From: an uncultured bacterium
GTDB lineage: Bacteria; Electryoneota; AABM5-125-24; Hatepunaeales; Hatepunaeaceae
Length of the DNA: 48,101 bases
Direction of reading: 5' to 3'
Assembly: GCA_964471745.1 (NCBI GenBank)
Contig: CAYYHI010000002.1
Span: forward strand, 1 to 48,101
Part shown: in pieces, positions 46,088-48,101 of the stretch
Position numbering within the stretch: the stretch's first letter is position 1
How the letters are laid out: each line of letters begins with the position of its first letter
The notes under the pieces: model-generated
The model's input: the letters and a program-made list of their open reading frames with translations, nothing else
Told to the model about the DNA's origin: nothing
Databases searched by the model: none
Program-made: the position numbers and the translations under genes

Positions 46088-46948
46088 TTGCCCTTCTCCA
46101 ACTACCACACACACTGCAATTTCTGTGACGGGCGCGGCACGCCGCGGCAGATCGTCGAACGGGCGGTCGCGCTGGGGATGAAATCAATCGGCTTCTCCAG
46201 CCATGCTCCGTTGCCATTTCCTGCCAGTGGGACGTTAACCGTCGCCAACCTTCCTATATACTGCAAAGAAATTATCGAATTGAAGGAACAATACCGCGGC
46301 AGGATCGAGGTTTTCCTTGGTCTTGAAATAGACTACATCCCCGGCCGAACCGGACCGAATTATCCACATTTCAACGATATTGGGCTGGATTACCGGATCG
46401 GTTCGGTGCACTTCGTTGGGAGATTCGCCGATGGGAAGCACTGCGCGGTCGACAGCCGGAATTCCTTTCCAAGAGGGCTGTCGGAGATATATAATGGCGA
46501 CATCCGCCGGTTGATCGAGGATTATTACGCATTAGTACGCCGGATGGTTCGCACCGACTGCCCGGATATCCTGGCTCACCTGGATGTCTTCAAGCTGAAC
46601 AACGGCAACGGAGGTGAGTTCTCGGAAGATGAGCCCTGGTATCGGCAGGTTGTAGCACAGACACTCGATGTTGTTGCTGAGTCGGGCGTTATCCTCGAAG
46701 TCAATTTGGGTGGAATCAATAAGGGTTTGATTGATACAACCTACCCCAGCGACTGGATTATCGCGATGTGTTTCGAACGGGGAATTCCGGTGACGATAAG
46801 TTCGGATGCACACCAACCGGACCATCTGACTTCAGGTTTTAGCGAAGCAGCCAGGGCTCTGCTGGATATCGGCTACCGGGAGATCATGGTTCTGGACGAG
46901 AACGGCTGGCGACCGTGTTCTTTCACATCAGAAGGGCTCGACTGGTGA
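46088..46948 (+). CDS. Histidinol-phosphatase, PHP (HisJ) family
   Basis: YHTHCNFCDG, GFSSHAP, GLEIDY, GSVHF, ILAHLD and SSDAH are the HisJ-type PHP metal-ligand motifs. TTG start. Confidence 0.8.
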   Translation: MPFSNYHTHCNFCDGRGTPRQIVERAVALGMKSIGFSSHAPLPFPASGTLTVANLPIYCKEIIELKEQYRGRIEVFLGLEIDYIPGRTGPNYPHFNDIGLDYRIGSVHFVGRFADGKHCAVDSRNSFPRGLSEIYNGDIRRLIEDYYALVRRMVRTDCPDILAHLDVFKLNNGNGGEFSEDEPWYRQVVAQTLDVVAESGVILEVNLGGINKGLIDTTYPSDWIIAMCFERGIPVTISSDAHQPDHLTSGFSEAARALLDIGYREIMVLDENGWRPCSFTSEGLDW

Positions 46949-47871
46949 CCACAGGCGAACCATCACACATCCAAGGCTCAGAACGGCATCGGATATTGTT
47001 CGCGACGCCGATGTTGGTGTTACTATGCGTAATCTGGGGGATGACCTTTCCTGCAACCAGGTCAGCGTTGGCGGTTACCGATCCGCTGCAGTTTCTGGCG
47101 CTTCGTTTCGGGCTGGCGATAATCCTGACGACACCGTTCATGGTGATCCGTTGGTTGCGGATTTCAAAGCATGAGGCTTCGTCTCGGGAAAGGATCATCC
47201 CGACGTTCAGACGCGGCGTATGGATCGGTATTTTCCTATTTCTTGGATTTGTGTTACAGACCGTCGGGATGCGTTATACCACCGCCTCTCGCGCAGGTTT
47301 TTTCACTGGGTTGTTGGTAGTTATGACGCCGCCGTTGGCGCTGCTGCTGCGCACGAGCCGCATGCCCGGCATTGCGTGGCTGGGGATACCGGTGGCGGTC
47401 GGCGGCGTGTACCTGATGACGGACCCGGGCGCTGGCGGATTGAACGTCGGCGACTGGTTGACCATAGCCTGTGCGCTGGTGTTTGCGTTGCAGATGATCG
47501 CGCTGGAGGTGGTTGCTCGTACAGGACGGGATACATGGACGCTGACGTATGCCCAGATGTTGACGGTCGGTATGGGTGCGCTGGTCTGGTGCCTGATCGA
47601 GGGAAACGGCTTCAGGATCACGACTACAGGCTGGCTGGCGGTTCTGTACACCGGCATATTCGGCGGCATAATCGCAACCTGGATGCAGACGCGCTTTCAG
47701 CCGATGGTACCTGCCGGGCACGCTGCGATTGTCTTCACCGCCGAACCGATATTCGCGGCGTTGTTTGCCTGGGTATTGCTAAATGAAAGCTGGTCGTTGC
47801 GGGGATTGATGGGAGCGGCTCTGATCCTGGCGGCGATGGTGATATCGAGTTTGAGTGCGGTTAGGAAGTGA
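46945..47871 (+). CDS. DMT-superfamily (EamA-like) transporter
   Basis: About ten TM helices in two EamA-type halves (LCVIWGMTFPATR...; ...FTAEPIFAALFAWVLLNE). The ORF track starts at 46915. GTG 46945 overlaps the upstream TGA (GTGA); ATG 47011 is an alternative. Confidence 0.8.
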   Translation: MTTGEPSHIQGSERHRILFATPMLVLLCVIWGMTFPATRSALAVTDPLQFLALRFGLAIILTTPFMVIRWLRISKHEASSRERIIPTFRRGVWIGIFLFLGFVLQTVGMRYTTASRAGFFTGLLVVMTPPLALLLRTSRMPGIAWLGIPVAVGGVYLMTDPGAGGLNVGDWLTIACALVFALQMIALEVVARTGRDTWTLTYAQMLTVGMGALVWCLIEGNGFRITTTGWLAVLYTGIFGGIIATWMQTRFQPMVPAGHAAIVFTAEPIFAALFAWVLLNESWSLRGLMGAALILAAMVISSLSAVRK

Positions 47872-48060
47872 TTACGTAGCCCGGATCCCTTGCGGTGCGG
47901 GGATTTGTATCTTGCATGATGGCGCTTAAGTATGAAATTAGTTTAATATTGAACAGTTTAATATTACGGGACAGTAGTCGGAAGTTCGTAAGTCGGAAGT
48001 CAGGAGATGCAAGTCGAAAATTAGATCTGTTGTTCCATTTCGCGTATTGGAAGTTGTGGA

Positions 48061-48082
48061 GCGGGGACGCCCTCGTCCCCGC
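48061..48082. repeat. GCGGGGACG/CGTCCCCGC hairpin repeat
   Basis: A perfect 9-bp stem with a 4-nt loop. It shares the CGTCCCCGC core with 27732-27740. AGTCGGAAGT direct repeats lie just upstream (about 47975-48005). Confidence 0.6.
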
Positions 48083-48101
48083 CTTTGATGACAGACTTTT
48101 C

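Noticed and set aside
47970-48101. AGTCGGAAGT direct repeats and the GCGGGGACG hairpin at the window end as an attachment site or integron-like feature.
   Set aside because: There is no integrase or recombinase nearby and the window ends here. The hairpin core recurs at 27732-27740 as part of the general repeat background.

Overview
Chromosomal 48.1-kb window from an uncultured-looking diderm bacterium. Five large secreted proteins end in a Por/T9SS C-terminal sorting domain, which points to an FCB-type lineage. I recognised no rRNA, tRNA, CRISPR array, transposase or integrase. Left part: T9SS cargo genes (a BNR protein, a gingipain-like C25 peptidase, beta-helix proteins), an hsp20-clpB heat-shock pair behind a textbook sigma-54 promoter, an FGE/SUMF1-like gene, an Omp85-like barrel and a thermonuclease. 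Middle: a Na+/solute symporter, two paralogous lipid-type GT2 glycosyltransferases, a hicBA toxin-antitoxin pair, and a translationally coupled operon of radical-SAM/SPASM, flippase-like, GT2 and NodB deacetylase genes. Right part: the replication-origin block dnaA-dnaN-DUF721-gyrB. It is followed directly by an AT-rich type II R-M pair coupled to the gyrB stop codon, then GC-rich mazG, then an AT-rich HD (SAMHD1/dNTPase-like) gene co-transcribed with a small uncharacterised protein. A paralog of that small protein sits after the R-M pair. This HD module is my best candidate for an undescribed defence or toxin-antitoxin-like module. Intergenic DNA is saturated with several families of short palindromic MITE/REP-like repeats. 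One is caught nested inside another with a 4-bp target duplication, and C8/G8 hairpin repeats are inserted in frame in clpB and in a GT2 gene. Other oddities are a single in-frame TGA at a conserved Gly of a T9SS beta-helix gene, a GC-content chimera at a cargo/CTD junction, and a C25 peptidase whose catalytic His position reads Trp. All product calls come from motif recognition by eye; no database search or computation beyond hand counting was possible.
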